DNA of 64,000 nt from the human T2T-CHM13v2.0 reference genome, Homo sapiens: the NCBI RefSeq assembly GCF_009914755.1, contig NC_060939.1. One strand, 5' to 3'. The number at the start of each line of letters is the position of its first letter. Position 1 is the stretch's first letter. Shown here in pieces: positions 26,716 to 44,191 of the stretch. The notes under the pieces are model-generated. The model ran no database searches. It had not been told where the DNA came from and saw nothing but the letters and a program-made list of their open reading frames with translations. Both the position numbers and the translations under genes were made by a program.

Positions 26716-28348
26716 CTACATAGCTTTTTTTGTTTTTTGTTTTTAAGTCTGTAAAATAGGGATAACTACTTCAATAGTTTTTATGAACATTTGATAAAAG
26801 AATACATTACAACAATCTTTATTCCTCAGACCCCTGTGCTTGGCTGTCTGGTTTTTAAACGTTTTACAAGGGGCCAGGCAGTGTGGCTTATGCCTGTAAT
26901 CCCAGCACTTTTGGAGACTGAGGCAGGAGAATCGCATGAACCCAGGAGTTCAATACCAATCTGTGTCGTCAACAACAACAACAACAAAAAAATTAGCTGG
27001 GCATGGTAGCAAGTGCTTGTAATCCTGGCTACTTGGGAAGTTGAGGTGGAAGAAATGCTTAAGCCTAGGAAATTGAGGCTGCAGTGAGCTATGATTGCAC
27101 CACTGCACCCCAGCCTGGGCAGCAGAGTGAGATCCTGTCTCTAAATAAATCAATAAACAAAATTAAATCTAAAGACCCCTGTCTCACTGTGTTTCTCCTA
27201 CCCCCAGTCCTCTAGGTCATAGCCTGGGAAGCCTGAGGAAGGATAAAAAATAAGACTGAAGGTATTGTCTCAACTTTCAGGTTCTAGGCTAGGAGTAATT
27301 TAATTGATAACTTTTATTGTTTGTAGTGGAGGATGTTCTAATTAATTCTCATCTGTTAACATTTTGGTCATGAGTACTTTAGCTGTGGCTTTTCATATTA
27401 TGAAAAAGGATAGGTATCAGGTATGTGGGTCATCTGGATTAAGCCCATTAAAGTGAGTGTAGAGATTGTTTAGTTGTTAGCAGTATTACCACATAACTGC
27501 AACATAGGAAGATTCTTGAGGAGCTTGGCCCTGCTTCTGATTTAAGAAGATATAAAGAAAGGATTTGAGAAATATATTCTCAGGGTCTCAGCAGAGAGGA
27601 TTCCAATACTTTTTTTTTGTCAATATCCATGCCCAAAATGCTGGAGAAAATGAGAGATGATGCCGTGTTATATGCTGGGCCAAGGATGCTCTCTAGAGTT
27701 TCTTTTCTTTTGAGAGATGAGATCTTGCTCTGTCACTCAGGCTGGGGTGCAGCATCGTGATCATAGCTTGCTGCAGCCTTGAACTCCTGGGCTCAAGCAG
27801 TCCTCCTGCCTCTCAGTCTTGCAAGTAGTTGGGATTGTATGTGTGAGCCACTGCTCCCCGCACTCTCTAGGGTTTCTAAGCCTGACTTCTAAGGTATAAT
27901 TCAGAGCCTAGGCTTCCTGGTCAGACAAATATGAGTTTAAATCCTAGCTCTGCCACTGATAGCTGTGTGACCTTGGACAAGTTACATAATTTCTCTCAGC
28001 TTTAGTCCTCTGCCTGTAAAAATGATATGTTAGCAAGCTATGTCAGGAGGATACGTAGGAGGATAGCGTAAGATGAAGAAAAATATGTAGTGCCCCTAAT
28101 AAAGTGCCTTACACATAGAGGGTACTAAATGTGAATGTGAGCTGTTGCAGAGCCAAATTGTAAAGATCCAGGGAAGCATGCCAGCTAGGGGACTGCTTGA
28201 TGCGACGCTTATAGCCATTTATGGAGACAGACGCTTCTCTTAAGGGTACAGCAGTAGGGAAATATTTTGTCCCACTAGCACTGGTTTTAGGCTCTTTTTT
28301 CTTGATTTTAAAAACAACATTTCTTCTGAGCTTGGGTCTTGTTTCTAG

Positions 28349-28418
28349 GGAGACCAAAGAAGGGGGAAGAATTATTGTGGAAGTTGATGGCAAAGTGGCA
28401 AAAATCAGGAATTTAAAG
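28349..28418 (+). CDS. STARD9: STARD9 exon 2 (ETKEGGRIIVEVDGKVAKIRNLK), 70 nt
   Basis: tctAG acceptor, GTAAGC donor; completes the AG|G Arg codon from exon 1. Confidence 0.92.
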
Positions 28419-29871
28419 GTAAGCCTGAAATTGTTTTTCATTTTCTTTCCACTGAGGAGCTAATATTGTTACAGGGGCTTCCAGGCTGAAGGTGTATATG
28501 TGAATGTGTTTAGAGTTGGGGAGGAAGGGGTATATAAGAGGAATAGGGGGAGGAGCTTATGCCAATCATAAAGCAAATCAAGAAATCAAGAAAGAAGTGC
28601 AGGGCATTTGGCTGCTGCAGCCTAAGTTTTATCAGATAGGGTGCATCTGTTTTGGAAATTAGTTGGTAGATGTTTTGAAAGTAAACTTGGGATGTTTTGG
28701 GGGCAATAGTTAACTTAAATCGTGCTGCAGGCAATCCATATTCTATTTAACTCACCTGACCACCAGTTAAACTTTGTCCTTATCTTTTCAGTTGATACCA
28801 CTTTATCTAGAGACATTACTAGGCATTGTAGTATGCACCTGGTAATGCAGGGTTTCTTTTAGCTATACTGAGATCCAAGTAACATCTTTCAGATCCCAGA
28901 AGGGAGTCAGTCACTAGCCTGGGTTTTGTTACAGATTCTCTTTCACAGATCTTACTGAACTTAGAGTCATAATTGGACAGACATTTGGAACTTCCTTCCG
29001 TACCCCTCAGTCTCCCTTAGGGCTAATTTTTCTCCATCCTGTTACTCCATTTACCAGGCAAACAGAAGACGGAGGGGTTTCTTTCTTTCTGGGCCTTGGG
29101 GAGTGGAGAGAGACTGGGGAAGCTGACCATGTGACTTTTGCTATAGTCAGCTTGCAGGTGGTACTCAGCATTCCTGAGAGCTGAGGAAACTGGCAAAACA
29201 GAGTTATTTGGACCCCAGTCTTCACAGTCATGCCTGCTCTCTTGTTACTCCTGTGATGTGATGTGTTTCCTCTTGTCATTAGTTCTCTGCTAAAAAACAA
29301 TGGGGACCTACCAGACTTTCAACGGGGCTCCCCAGGGACAAAGGACCTTTTATTCTCTGCTGTCTCTTATTTATATTGCTGTCGCCTAATCACTTCAGCT
29401 GCTTTGTTGTAAGATTCTCATGTTTTTGGTTCTTAAGAATAAGTCTCAGCCAAGATCAAACTTTAATCTGCCTTCTGCACACCTCCCTGGCTGCTGACTT
29501 CCCTGTGGTCAGTTATCCAGGAAGAATCTCTTAATCATTCTGGCAGCCTAATTCTTCTGTAGTTTATGATGGCTAGTGGCAGGGTTGTCTTTCCCTGTCC
29601 GGAGTGTATAAGATAAGGCATTTCTGTGAATAATGCTGTTCTCCTCAGTACCTGGAGGTCAGTGCAAGGCCAAGCTCTGGTTCTACTCTCATCTACCTTG
29701 AGCAGCTACATTGCTTCTGACTCTTCTGTCCAATGTGGTGTCTAAATGGGGGTTGAATATTCCAGGAACCTCAGTGAAAGCCCCAGGTTGATGAAGCCTG
29801 TCAGGCACCATGGCCAAACTACTCACGTACTCCCAGTATCCTCTGCAGAAATACTTAGAAAAGAAATAATA

Positions 29872-30222
29872 TAGGTTGAACGTCTTAATTTGAAAATTTG
29901 AAATCTGAAATCCTTCAAAATCTGAAGCTTTTTGAATGCTGACATGACGCCATGAGTGGAAAGTTTCACAGCTGGCTTCATGTGATGGGTTGCAGCCAAA
30001 ACTATTTCATGAACAAAATTATTAAAAATATTGTATAAAATTACCTTCAAGCTATGTTTATAAAGTGTATATGAAACATAAAAGGATTTCATGTTTAGAC
30101 TTGGATTCACCCCCAAGATATTATGTATATGCAAATATTCCAAAATCCAAAAAAATCTGAAATCCAAAAAATTCCGAAACAGTTCTGGTCCCAAGCATTT
30201 CAAAGAAGGGACATTCAACCTG
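29872..30222. mobile_element. Tigger4/Zombi-type MITE with terminal inverted repeats and TA target sites
   Basis: TA|(T)AGGTTGAA ... TTCAACCTG|TA; repeated AAATCTGAAA motifs. Confidence 0.8.
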
Positions 30223-30523
30223 TAGTGATAAGAAGATGCCCAGAGCGGGAGAGGCTTTCTCTCCCAAGCTTTACCACATCTCATATAGTTGGTTCATATG
30301 TAGGCAGATATATGATAGAATGACAGACAAATTTAGTTATCTGTGCTTTATTTGTATCTAATAAGATGGAGAGAAAGATTACCTTTTCTTTTTCAGGAAG
30401 ATAATATAAACAGTCTCATGACCAGTCCAAGTCTCTCTAGCTATGGTAGAGGGTGATCAAGTGCCACTGGCCAGATTCTAATATTATGATAGAAAAGACA
30501 CTGGATCCTATGTTTGATTTTAG

Positions 30524-30640
30524 GTGGACAATCGACCAGATGGCTTTGGGGACTCCCGGGAGAAGGTTATGGCATTTGGCTTTGATTACTGCTACTGGTC
30601 AGTCAACCCAGAGGATCCCCAGTATGCATCTCAAGATGTG
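30524..30640 (+). CDS. STARD9: STARD9 exon 3 (VDNRPDGFGDSREKVMAFGFDYCYWSVNPEDPQYASQDV), 117 nt
   Basis: tttAG acceptor, GTAATA donor; kinesin-3 motor FxFDYxYWS...YASQ motif. Confidence 0.93.
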
Positions 30641-33635
30641 GTAATATCATTTATCATTTTTCTTTCACCTCAGTTCTTTTTTTATGTATAATATTTAAGA
30701 TGTTTATTATAAAGATACTTTGCAAGGTTAGTATAGCACAGTTGTACAGATTGGAAGTACTCTAATTGGTACTTTAAGAAAACTTTGAAATAACTAACAG
30801 ATTTTCAAAAAGAAGAAACTTCAATACATCAAGAAACCATTGGCCTTTTCAAGTAACCATTTTCATGGTAGGTAACAAAAGAAGCTTATTTCAAATGCGG
30901 TAATATCGTGTATTTCCTCATTTCTTCATAACTGGATAATCATTGGGAAATTAACATGAAATCTGAGTCCTGGCTATTTCTTATGATACTTTTGTCTGAA
31001 ACTAATGATGTTTTGGTCTGAGAAATGGTAGTGAGAGGTATCACTTCCAGAAAGAACAAAGAAGGTGGGAAAAGACTGCTTGAACAAGACATCAAAGTTG
31101 GCTAGTGTCCATTTAGGCTTGAGCCTCCTCATGATTCAGGTGGGTATAAGTTAGCTCAGGTAGTGTTCTGCTCCTATGATAGGTGAACAGCCATGTGCAC
31201 AAGGGAATTATAGAGGTTAGTATCTTCTTTGAACCTTAGGCTTGTACTTGTCCTCCTAGGCAGAGTGGAAAAGGGCTAGACAGCTAGTCAGCCAGCCTGC
31301 AAGGTAGGTAGGAGGCAGGTGAATCTTATCAATCTGCTGTTTGAGCAGCCAAGGCTTTGCCAGCTGAGCCTGTTGGTCACCCGTCATGTGTCTTGTGGTT
31401 CTGCTTAGCTCTCGGTCAAGTTTCCAAGGCAGCAGGAGGTCTGGCCAGTGGGTCTACAGGACTTCTCTGTTTCTCTGAAGCAGCAGTGTTGTCTTGGTTT
31501 GAGCACTGTTAAAGGCCATGTACTCAGACCCCATCATGGCCAGCAAGCCTTGCCTCATTCACTTCTATGGCCACAGACAGTAGCCCTTGCCCCAGCAGCT
31601 ATCAGGGTACTTTGCAAAAGTCCAAACCTAAAATTGGAAAAGCCATTTACTTGGCCTTTCATGGTTCATTATCATCATATCACATATGAAAGAAAAGACT
31701 ATGGGAATATATCCTTGGGAAATACTACTGGAAATAGAAATATTTTTGGGGAAACCTGGACAGTCATTGCCTAGGATTCTATATAACTTTGAATAAAAAG
31801 TCAAACTATGTTTTCTGACAAATATTTCAGTCTTTCATAAAACTTTTTTTTTTTTTTTGGTGGGGGGCCGGGGGGCGGAGATGATCTTGTTCTGTTGCCC
31901 AGGCTGGAATGCAGTGGCATGATCTCAGCTCACTTCAGCCTCTTTCTTCTGGGCTGAAAGTGATCTTCCCACCACAGCCTCCTGAGTAGCTGGGACTACA
32001 GGTGTGTGCCCCCATGCCCAGCTAATTTTTGTATTTTTTGTAGAGACAGGTTTTCATCATGTTGCCCAGGCTGGTCTTGAACTCCTCAGCTCAAGCAATT
32101 ATCCTACCTTGGCCTACCAAAGTGCTGGAATTATAGGCATGAGTAACTGCACCCAGCTATAAAGCTTTTAATAATTATGTCAAAGGAACAACATTATCAA
32201 GTCTGAGTGACTCAGAGGAGACAGTACTGATTTTCTGCTATTGTAGACTTCTGAAGATGATTGAATATTTCTAAATCACAGATTTAGATATTTCTAAATT
32301 TAAATATTTCTAAATTACCCCATTCTTCCCTTCTGAAAGGAACACACAGAAATAAGACCGTAGACCACTGTGGGATTTGCTGTCACAGTGGGCCTCTTCT
32401 GTTATATAAGCATCTCACCTTTGTAGTCCTAATGTGTTTGCTGTTAATGCTCAGTACAAAAGAGCAGTGTGGACATTACCTGCCCTCCACTGAGTCTTCT
32501 CTGTCCTTTTGAATACGAGGACAGGGGCAGGTCTAGGCTTGTCTTGTGGCCCTTGATTTATTTATTTATTTATTTTATTTTTTGGGGGGATGGAGTTTCG
32601 CTCTTGTTGCCCAGCCTGGAGTGCAATGGCACCATCTCGGCTCACCACAACTTCTCCTCCTGGGTTCAAGCGATTCTCCTGCCTCAGCCTTCTGAGTAGC
32701 TGGGATTACAGGCATGTGCCACCACGCCTGGCTAATTTTGTATTTTTAATAGAGACGAGGTTTCTCCGTGTTGGTCAGGCTGATCTCGAACTCCCGACCT
32801 CAGGTGATCCGCTCACCTCAGCCTCCTAAAGTGCTGGGATTACAGGCATGAGTCACCATGCCAGGGTGGCCCTTGATTTTTTATCCCAGCACTCAAGTGT
32901 GTATGAGGCATCTGGTTACTAGTGTTTGTAACCATTCCCTTGAGCTCCTCCAAGAAGAACCAGCAAAGTAACTAACTTTGAGTAAGAAAGATGGGACTCC
33001 TATAACAGTCCACAGTTGTGACTGTATTTGTGGCGTAGAAGACAGTGGCCTTTCTGTTAGCGGAAAGTATGAGCATTCTGATAGCTGTTTGAGACCTGCC
33101 TGGCCATGGCATACGTGTGGCTGTTCTGTACATAAGAGGAATTAACTATTTTGTATAACATTTGATAAATCAGTCATCTTAGAGGGGGTGTGTGAATGTG
33201 TTAAAATTTTATGTGTGTGTGTGTGTGTGTCTGTGTGTGTGTATTAGTATCATTAAGCTTGAGTATGAGTTTGGTTGTGAGTCCCGTATTTTACATTTAT
33301 GTGTCTTAACTGTATAAAAATCTAGTGAAAGCCCAAAAGGCCATAGAGGAGGGAAATTCATAAATATGATTCTTCTTTTGCCTGATTTGAAATTTGATGG
33401 AAAGATCAAATGAGATCCAGACAGGAAGCCTGTGCAGAGAGATAAACCAGTGTCTCCTGAGGTTTCTTCTGGCTTGTTTATTAATTGTCTGAGTCCCTCA
33501 TTGGTCCCAGGAGGAGTTAGGATAGGAAAGAGAAGGAAGGGAACCTCTGTCACAAGCTGGAGTGGAGCCAGAGGTCCCAGAGTGGTGGCAGGACTCATAT
33601 CTACATGATACAATCAGAGGCCCTCATTGCTTTAA

Positions 33636-34034
<399 letters not shown>

Positions 34035-34245
34035 TAATCCACCTGCCTTGGCCTCCCAAAGTGCTGGGATTACAGGTGTGAGCCACCACATCCAGCTCTC
34101 CACAGCATTAGTGATCAAATTTTGAGAGGAGGGGTCAGTCTATTGAAGTATAATTTAGATATAGTGAAAGATTTACCTTTTTTTCTTTTTTAACAATTAT
34201 TTATTATTATTTTTAATAGAGATAGGGTCTTGCTGTATTGTCTAG

Positions 34246-34347
<102 letters not shown>

Positions 34348-35556
34348 TAATGTACAGTAACACATTCAGGTGTGTAACTGACACTACAATCAATATACAA
34401 AATAGTCTATCATCCCAAAAATTGCTTCATGCTCTTTTATAGTCTATTTCCCCAGGCCCTCACAATTACTGATCTGTTTTCTGTCCCTACAGTTTTATCA
34501 GTTCCAGAACGTCATAAAAATGGAATCAAACAGTATGTAGTTGTTTGAATCTGGCTTCTTTCACTTTGCGTGATGTATTTGAGATTCATCTTTTTTTTTT
34601 TTTTTTTAAATGGAGTTTCGCTCTTGTTGCCTAGGCTGGAGCGCAGTGGTGCGATCATGGCTCACTGCAACCTCCACCTTCTGGTTTCAAGTGATTCTCT
34701 GGCCTCAGCCTCCTGAGTAGCTGGGATTACAGGCGCCTGCCACCATGCCCAGCTAATTTTTTTATTTTTAGTAGAGACGGGGTTTCACTATGTTGGCCAG
34801 GCTGGTCTCAAACTCCTGACCTTGTGATCCACCTGCCTTGGCCTCCCAAAGTGCTGGGATTACAGGCGTGAGCCACCACACCTGGCCAAGATTCATCTTT
34901 ACTGTTGTGTGTGTCACATCTTCTAACCTTGATTCTTTTTTTTTTTTTTTTTTTTTTTGTTGAGACCGGGTCTCGCTCTGTCACTCAGGCTGGAGTAGGG
35001 TGGCGCAGTCACAGCTCACTGCAGCCTCAACCTCCTGAACTTAAGTGATCCTCCCACCTCAGCCTCCTGAGTAGCTGGGACTACAGATACGTGTGCCACC
35101 ATGCTCGGCTAAGTTTTGTAGTTTTTGTAGAAATGTGGTCTCACTGTGTTGCTCAGGCTGGTCTCAAACTCCTGGGCTCAAACGATCTGCCTGCCTTGGC
35201 CTCTCAAAGTGCTGGGATTACAGGTGTGAGCCACCACACCTGACCTTGATTCATATTTATTTAAATTATCTGCTCTCCCAGAAGGAATCTCATGACTTTG
35301 GAAGCATGGATTCTAACTATAAAGGATACAGTGTGTCTTTCATCCCTAGGTTTCTTCTTATTACAAAGGAAGGACTGCTCAGAAATATGGCATTGATTTC
35401 AGATATCAAAATATCTGAGGGAACTATCTAAATTTCCCTTAGTGGATATGGAGGGAGTATCTAAATATCTGACTTTAGGGGGATTTAGAGCAGCATCTTA
35501 AGAAGCCATTCAGAGGTAGATGTTGACAAGAATGTCACCTGATCAGTGTTGGTGCT

Positions 35557-35965
35557 TGTGTTAGTCTATTTTGTGTTATAAAGGAATACCTGAGGCTTAG
35601 TAATTTATAAAGAAAAGAGGTTTATTTGGCTCACAATTCTGCAGGCTTTATAGAAAGTATTGTGCCAGTATCTGCTGTTGCTGAGGGTTCAGAGAGCATC
35701 CAGTTGTAACAGAAGGGGAAGGAGACAGTCTTGTCACAGCGAGAGAGAGAGAGCGAGAGATGGGAGGGAGGCCACTCTCTTAAACAGTCAGCTCCAGTGT
35801 GAACTAATAGAGCAAGAACGCACTCATTACTGTGGGGAGGGGACCAGGCCATTCATGAGGGATCTGTCCCCATGACCCAAACACTTCTCAGCAGGCCCCA
35901 GCTCCAACATTGGGGGTCACATTTCAACATGAGATTTGGAGGGGACAGATGCACAAACTGTGTCA
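35557..35965 (-). mobile_element. MST-family (MSTB-like) MaLR solo LTR
   Basis: TG...CA ends; perfect 5 bp TSD GTGCT (35552-35556, 35966-35970). Confidence 0.85.
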
Positions 35966-36022
35966 GTGCTGCCTTGTCATAGCCTCTTAGTATGTTAGAG
36001 TTTGAAGAGAACTTGTTAGTCA

Positions 36023-36505
<483 letters not shown>

Positions 36506-37389
36506 AATCTAGGCCAACCCTCATATGTTACAGATCTGGCCATGTAATTTATGGCATTATACAGGTGGTTAGTGCTCAAGCTGGAACAGACCCAGGCTTC
36601 CTTATGGTGGTCTTTTTATTGCATTGTATCATTCTCTGTCTTTTTATATTTACAGCCTCAAAAGATAGGTTCAAAGTTAAAATTCCTTAGTGCTTTGGCA
36701 CTCTTCCTGGTCCTTAGTGGTGAAATGCCTGAGTAAATAGATCAGTTGTCACCAACTAGGGACTACTAGAGGACAAGTCAGCTACTGCAAGTTCTACTGA
36801 GAAGCAGCTTTATTTGTTAAATGCCTATTGATAGCCAGATACAATTGTAAATGTTTATCACTTCATTCACGTTCTATTAGATCTATATTATTTACTCCAT
36901 TTTGTAGATAAGGAAACTGAGGCATAGAACGTTTATAGGACTTGCCAGTAAGTGGTGGAGCAAGAATTCAAATTCAAGACTGTTTAACTCTAAATTTTAT
37001 GTCATTTCCACTAAACCTCACTGACTCTCAAAAAGAAATACCATTTAGCCTACTAGTGATCTGATCATCTCTTTATGTATATTTGATATAATTTCTTAAA
37101 TACCCTAAAAGGTAGAGGATTTTATCCCCCTTTTATAGTGGAGGAAATTTAGGCTTAGAGAAGTTATATGATCTGCCAAAGTTACACAGTAAGATGTGAG
37201 TTCTAGATTTGAACACAGGATCATCTGACTGCAAAGTTCATATTCAACACTATGCTGCAGTACAAAAGGAAAATGAAGGATATGGGAAAAGGAAGCGATG
37301 GAAAACTGGAGAAGGGGAGAGAAAAGACTATAGTGAATGGGATGTGGTTGGAGATCTCTATAGTACCTGTCTTGTCCATTACTCCTTGA

Positions 37390-37707
<318 letters not shown>

Positions 37708-38553
37708 TGAGCCACCACACCCAGCCAGCTTTCCATTCTTAAGGCAAGTCATTATTGGTCTAAATGCTGTTTTCAGTATTTGTTAATATTTGGACTTGCA
37801 GCAGAAGCTTTTCTTCAAAATTGGCCTGTATTTTTTCTGGCTTGAATCTGTATTAAAGTCAATTTGCTTCTCTGAAATTAAACCTGGACTTGAATTCAGG
37901 CAGTCAGTTATTGGCTAGCTTACTTTGGGCAAGTTGCTTATCCTCTTTGCTTTCTAGTTTCTTCAGCTCTAAAATAGAGATCATATATGCCTCAAAGAGT
38001 TATTGTGAGGAGGAAATGAAATAATTAAAGTGCCCAGCCCAGTACTTGGCACCTCGGCGTCAAATGAGTTTATGAGTGCTGTGCCTTGGGTCCCTGCCGT
38101 GATTACCATTATCATACGTAGTACAAGAGAAGCAAGGCTCATGATATTTTTCTGAGTTGAACTAGATTTGGAAACCTCTTTTCTGAATCTGGTTATGATC
38201 CCTTCTGGGACCATCCTGCTCCATTTGGAAAACTAACTTCCCTCCCTTCCTCCTGGTGAGGAACATCTGTTGGCGCAGGAATCCTCTGCTCCGGCGTATT
38301 GTGTTTGGGTGACTGTGTGTTTGTAAAACTTTCCATGAGGAGTATTAGCTCAGCTTTACCCACCAGGGCCTGAAAGTGGCTGTTTAAAACAAATGCAGAC
38401 TGAGTCAACAAAAATCATGTCTATGAACAAAAAGCTAACCGCTCTTCATGGAAAGAATTGCTCCTATTCTTCTGGAAATCTTTATTTTAAAATGGTCTGT
38501 TATTTAGCTAAAACACTTGTAGCATTTCCAGACCAAAAAAAAAATCATGTTGA

Positions 38554-38772
<219 letters not shown>

Positions 38773-41700
38773 TGAGTAGCTGGGACTACAGGCGCCCGCC
38801 ACCACGCCCGGCTAACTTTTTTTTTTGTATTTTTAGTAGAGACGGGGTTTCTCCGTGTTAACCAGAATGGTCTTGATCTCCTGACCTCATGATCCGCCCG
38901 CCTCGGCCTCCCAAAGTTCTGGGATTACAGGCGTGAGCCACCGCGTGGTTGTGCTTCTTGTTGTTTTAATATTTATTTGGTCTCCACAATATACTGAACA
39001 TCAAACAACACACAGAATACATCATTACTTATGTCAAGGAGCCCTGAGAGAGAGTGAGCAAGTGAGAGTGAGAGAGACAGACAGACGGAGAAAAGAGAGT
39101 GTGCTATAGATTCTTTGGTGAATATCTTTTCCAATTCTGGACTTCAGTGTGAGGATGTCAGGAACCTGGAGAGGCTTCAGAGGGAAACCACACATACTCC
39201 CCCAAATGATTACAGAGCTGGACTGCAGGAACCAAGAGGAGCCACTATTAGTGTAGTATACCTCATGGGCATTCCACATGCGATTATTCAATAAAGGAAT
39301 GTTGATCCTGCGATGGGAAGGCAGAGATGATAATGCTCCATAAGTACTGAACATGAGGAGTTTTTTTCTGGAACATGAGAACCAGCTGGTCTTTGTTTTC
39401 ATTAGGATAAAAGAGATTTCAGTTAAATTGCAGAAAATTGTACGTAATTAGGACACGAAGAGTAACTTGTACAGAATTTTTGAATCCTGATACATAGTAG
39501 CTAAATAGCTTGACTTTAGAATTCCAGAATATTAATACTGGAAGAAATGTTAAGAGACCATTCAAGATACTTACTTTTTCAGATTGAAGGTCTAGAGAGA
39601 CAAAATAACAGTTAGAAGTTTTTTTTGTTTGTTTGTTTTCTTTTTGGCCAGTCCAGAATTGTTCTTGATGTGGCTGGGAAATCCTGTTGTTTATTCTAAT
39701 GGTAGGGGCCATGGACTGCAACACAATGGTCCTAGCATAACAGGTAATGTGCCACTAGCAGAATCTCAAGGAAAGATCTTGTTCTTTAGATCTAACCTGT
39801 CCCTGGCTCTGTAGTCAACTGGGATGAGGAAATTGCCCTATTGCCATCTAGTAGTATGGGGAAGTATTCCATACCTGTTGTTATGCGTTCTCTAATGTGA
39901 CCAGGTGTGATTAGATACTGCTGCCATAAAAGCAGCATTTCTGTTTGGGAAACCCCAACCCATTACAAAATGATAACAAGTGATCTGTTATCTGCTGCCT
40001 CAGAAAGTACGCAGGATGAGCTGGAGAGATGGAGTGTGACCTTCCCTTCTTTTATGCCTTACTTTTCTTGTATCTGCTGAACTTGGAGTGTGAATGAAGG
40101 TTTTGGGGAAGGTGGAAGAATGACTGAAACTGAGGAGGGACCTTTGAGGGGCTAGAGGAGAGGGAAACATGAGGAACAAACTAAGGTGAGGAGGAATTTG
40201 AGAGCTCACAGAGGGGTGGGCACTGTTAGGATTGTGTCACTTTTTTACAGCAGGTATCTCCATTTTAGGGATAGGAACAGGCTCAGATTTGTTGCATTAT
40301 TGCTTAAGGTCATACAACCAAGTGATGGACGCAGCAATCAAACCTTGACTATGTGACTCCATGGTCCAAGCTCTCGCACACTATACCACATACAACTCTA
40401 TTCCTGTATTTCCAGTGCTGCACATCTTCCATTATCAATCAATGGCTATTAGATTAATTATTCAATTAAAGGTTCAATGTATGACTGACAAGATAGGACT
40501 CTGCCTTCTTGAATTTTGCTGCCTGTTTTGGGAAGGCCTCATAATTTGCCTAAGTTAAAGAACCACAGATGCCAATCAGTTTCTTTGTGCATCCCCTTTT
40601 TCTGATGCATGTATGTGCTAGGGGAGCTGGGGAGTATGTGGATTCAAAGCAGCATTTTCTCATGAATATTTGCAGAGCTTTGTACATTCCATCACTAGTG
40701 CTGGTTTTTTTCCAACCAAGATGGAGACAGAAGTCGAAGGGAGAGAAGTTTATAAGAAAAAGCCTTTTTGTGCAGTAATCAGATGGGGCTCTGCAGAGCT
40801 GAGTGGAAGATGGGAGGGGTTACCATGAGTGTTTCAGTATGTCCCTCTGCCAGCAGCACAGCTGTTTGGTTCCATAAGCATGTCTGTGAGCTGGATTTTA
40901 ATCTAACTTGTTTTTTCCGTCTTTAGAAACTTGACTGTGAATCTTTAAAGAGTAATTTTCAGACTCGTAGAAACATCTGAAAGACAGAGATTCTTGACAA
41001 TGTTTGCTGCTCGTGGCACATGACTATGCAAAAATGAACAGTGGAAACTAGAGAAATCTTTTAAAATGCCAAAGCTTATGTGGATTTTTCCCCCTGTAAG
41101 ACAAGGGTAATGGAAATTCCTTGTGGTAGCTAGAGCCCTTGAGATCCAGGCTGGAGAGAGAGGTTATCTGTAGGGGAGACATGCCCAAAGCTTGATAGTC
41201 ATTTGCAGATGACCAAGGGCAGCCTAAGCATAAATGGAGAGTTCCTAAGACAGTTGTCCTTGATGTTACCCCATTTTTCTCTTGCTTGGATCTGCAATGC
41301 TGAAAATTCCTTATACTCACCCTTTGCACCTTAAACTTGGGTTTGTCCTGGGTTTAAAGCGATTGTCAATTAATTGCTTGAGGAAGAGAAGTATGATGAT
41401 GGTGATGATTACTTTGAGAGTCTTTGGACAAAATGATTTGCAAAATCTTCTAAACGAGAGGATATAAAATGAACAGCAGCCCTTTGAGCAAAAGATCTGT
41501 ATGTCCACCACAGTAGACAGGCATGCACAGGCAGACTGCTAACAGGTGCTAAATTTTCTTCCCACATACTTGCACAGTAAGCCTGTGTCCAAGTACCCTC
41601 TTAACCCCATTTCTGTAGTCCTCTGTTTGGGGGAGCCAGTGTAGCTGACCAACAAAAGGCTCCTTCTAAATACAACATTCAGAAAAGGGTTCAGAGAAAG

Positions 41701-42089
41701 TTTTGGGAAAAAATGGTTTCTATTTCTGTGCTCAGCAGAAAGCAGATAACGGCATAAATGAAAATGTCAGCTAATTGATTAGCTTATTAAAATATTTTGC
41801 TTAAAGGCAATGTAAGATAATTGCAAAATATTCAAACAGTACAGAAGACTATAATGGTAAAACTAGAAAAGCCTTCCCTTTCTATACCTCCCACTCATCT
41901 TATTCTCTAAACGTAACCATTGTTTACAATTCTTTTGGTATCCTTCTAGATAGCATTTATTTCTTATTTTTCAAAGGAGTTAGCATATTAAGGAAATTGA
42001 TTCATCTGTCATAGATACTACAAACATTTTCCCTGTTTATACTTTTGTTTTGATTCTGTTTACGATTGTGTGTGTGTGTATATATATTT

Positions 42090-43322
<1,233 letters not shown>

Positions 43323-43789
43323 AGCCTATATTTTTAATGTAGTCAAATTTATCATCCTTTCTCTGTGGTTTCATGGTGTGTTAGGCTTCGAAAGGCTTTC
43401 TCACTCTGAGATTATAAATGTATTCATCATGTTTTTTTTTTTTCCTGGCATGGTAATGAATTTTTAAAATATTTACATATTTAATCTATTTGAAATTCTT
43501 TGGCATAAAAAATGAGGTAGGGCTTCAGCTTTATATTTTTTCCCCAGATAACTATCCAGTTGTCTGAATACTATTAGTTCATCTATTTTTTATTGATATA
43601 CATATTTTGGGGGTACATGTGATATTTTGATACAATCTGTCATGATCAAATCAGGGTAGTTAGGATAGCCATCGCCTCAAACATTTATCTTTGTGTTGGG
43701 AGTGTTATAATTCTTCTCTTCAAGCTATATTGAAATATACAATAAATTATCATTAGTTGTAATTTTCTTACTGTATTATTGTATACTAG

Positions 43790-44191
<402 letters not shown>

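Noticed and set aside
39841-39856. CTCF-like motif (minus strand CTACTAGATGGCAA)
   Set aside because: Single imperfect match; cannot be supported without PWM scoring or ChIP data
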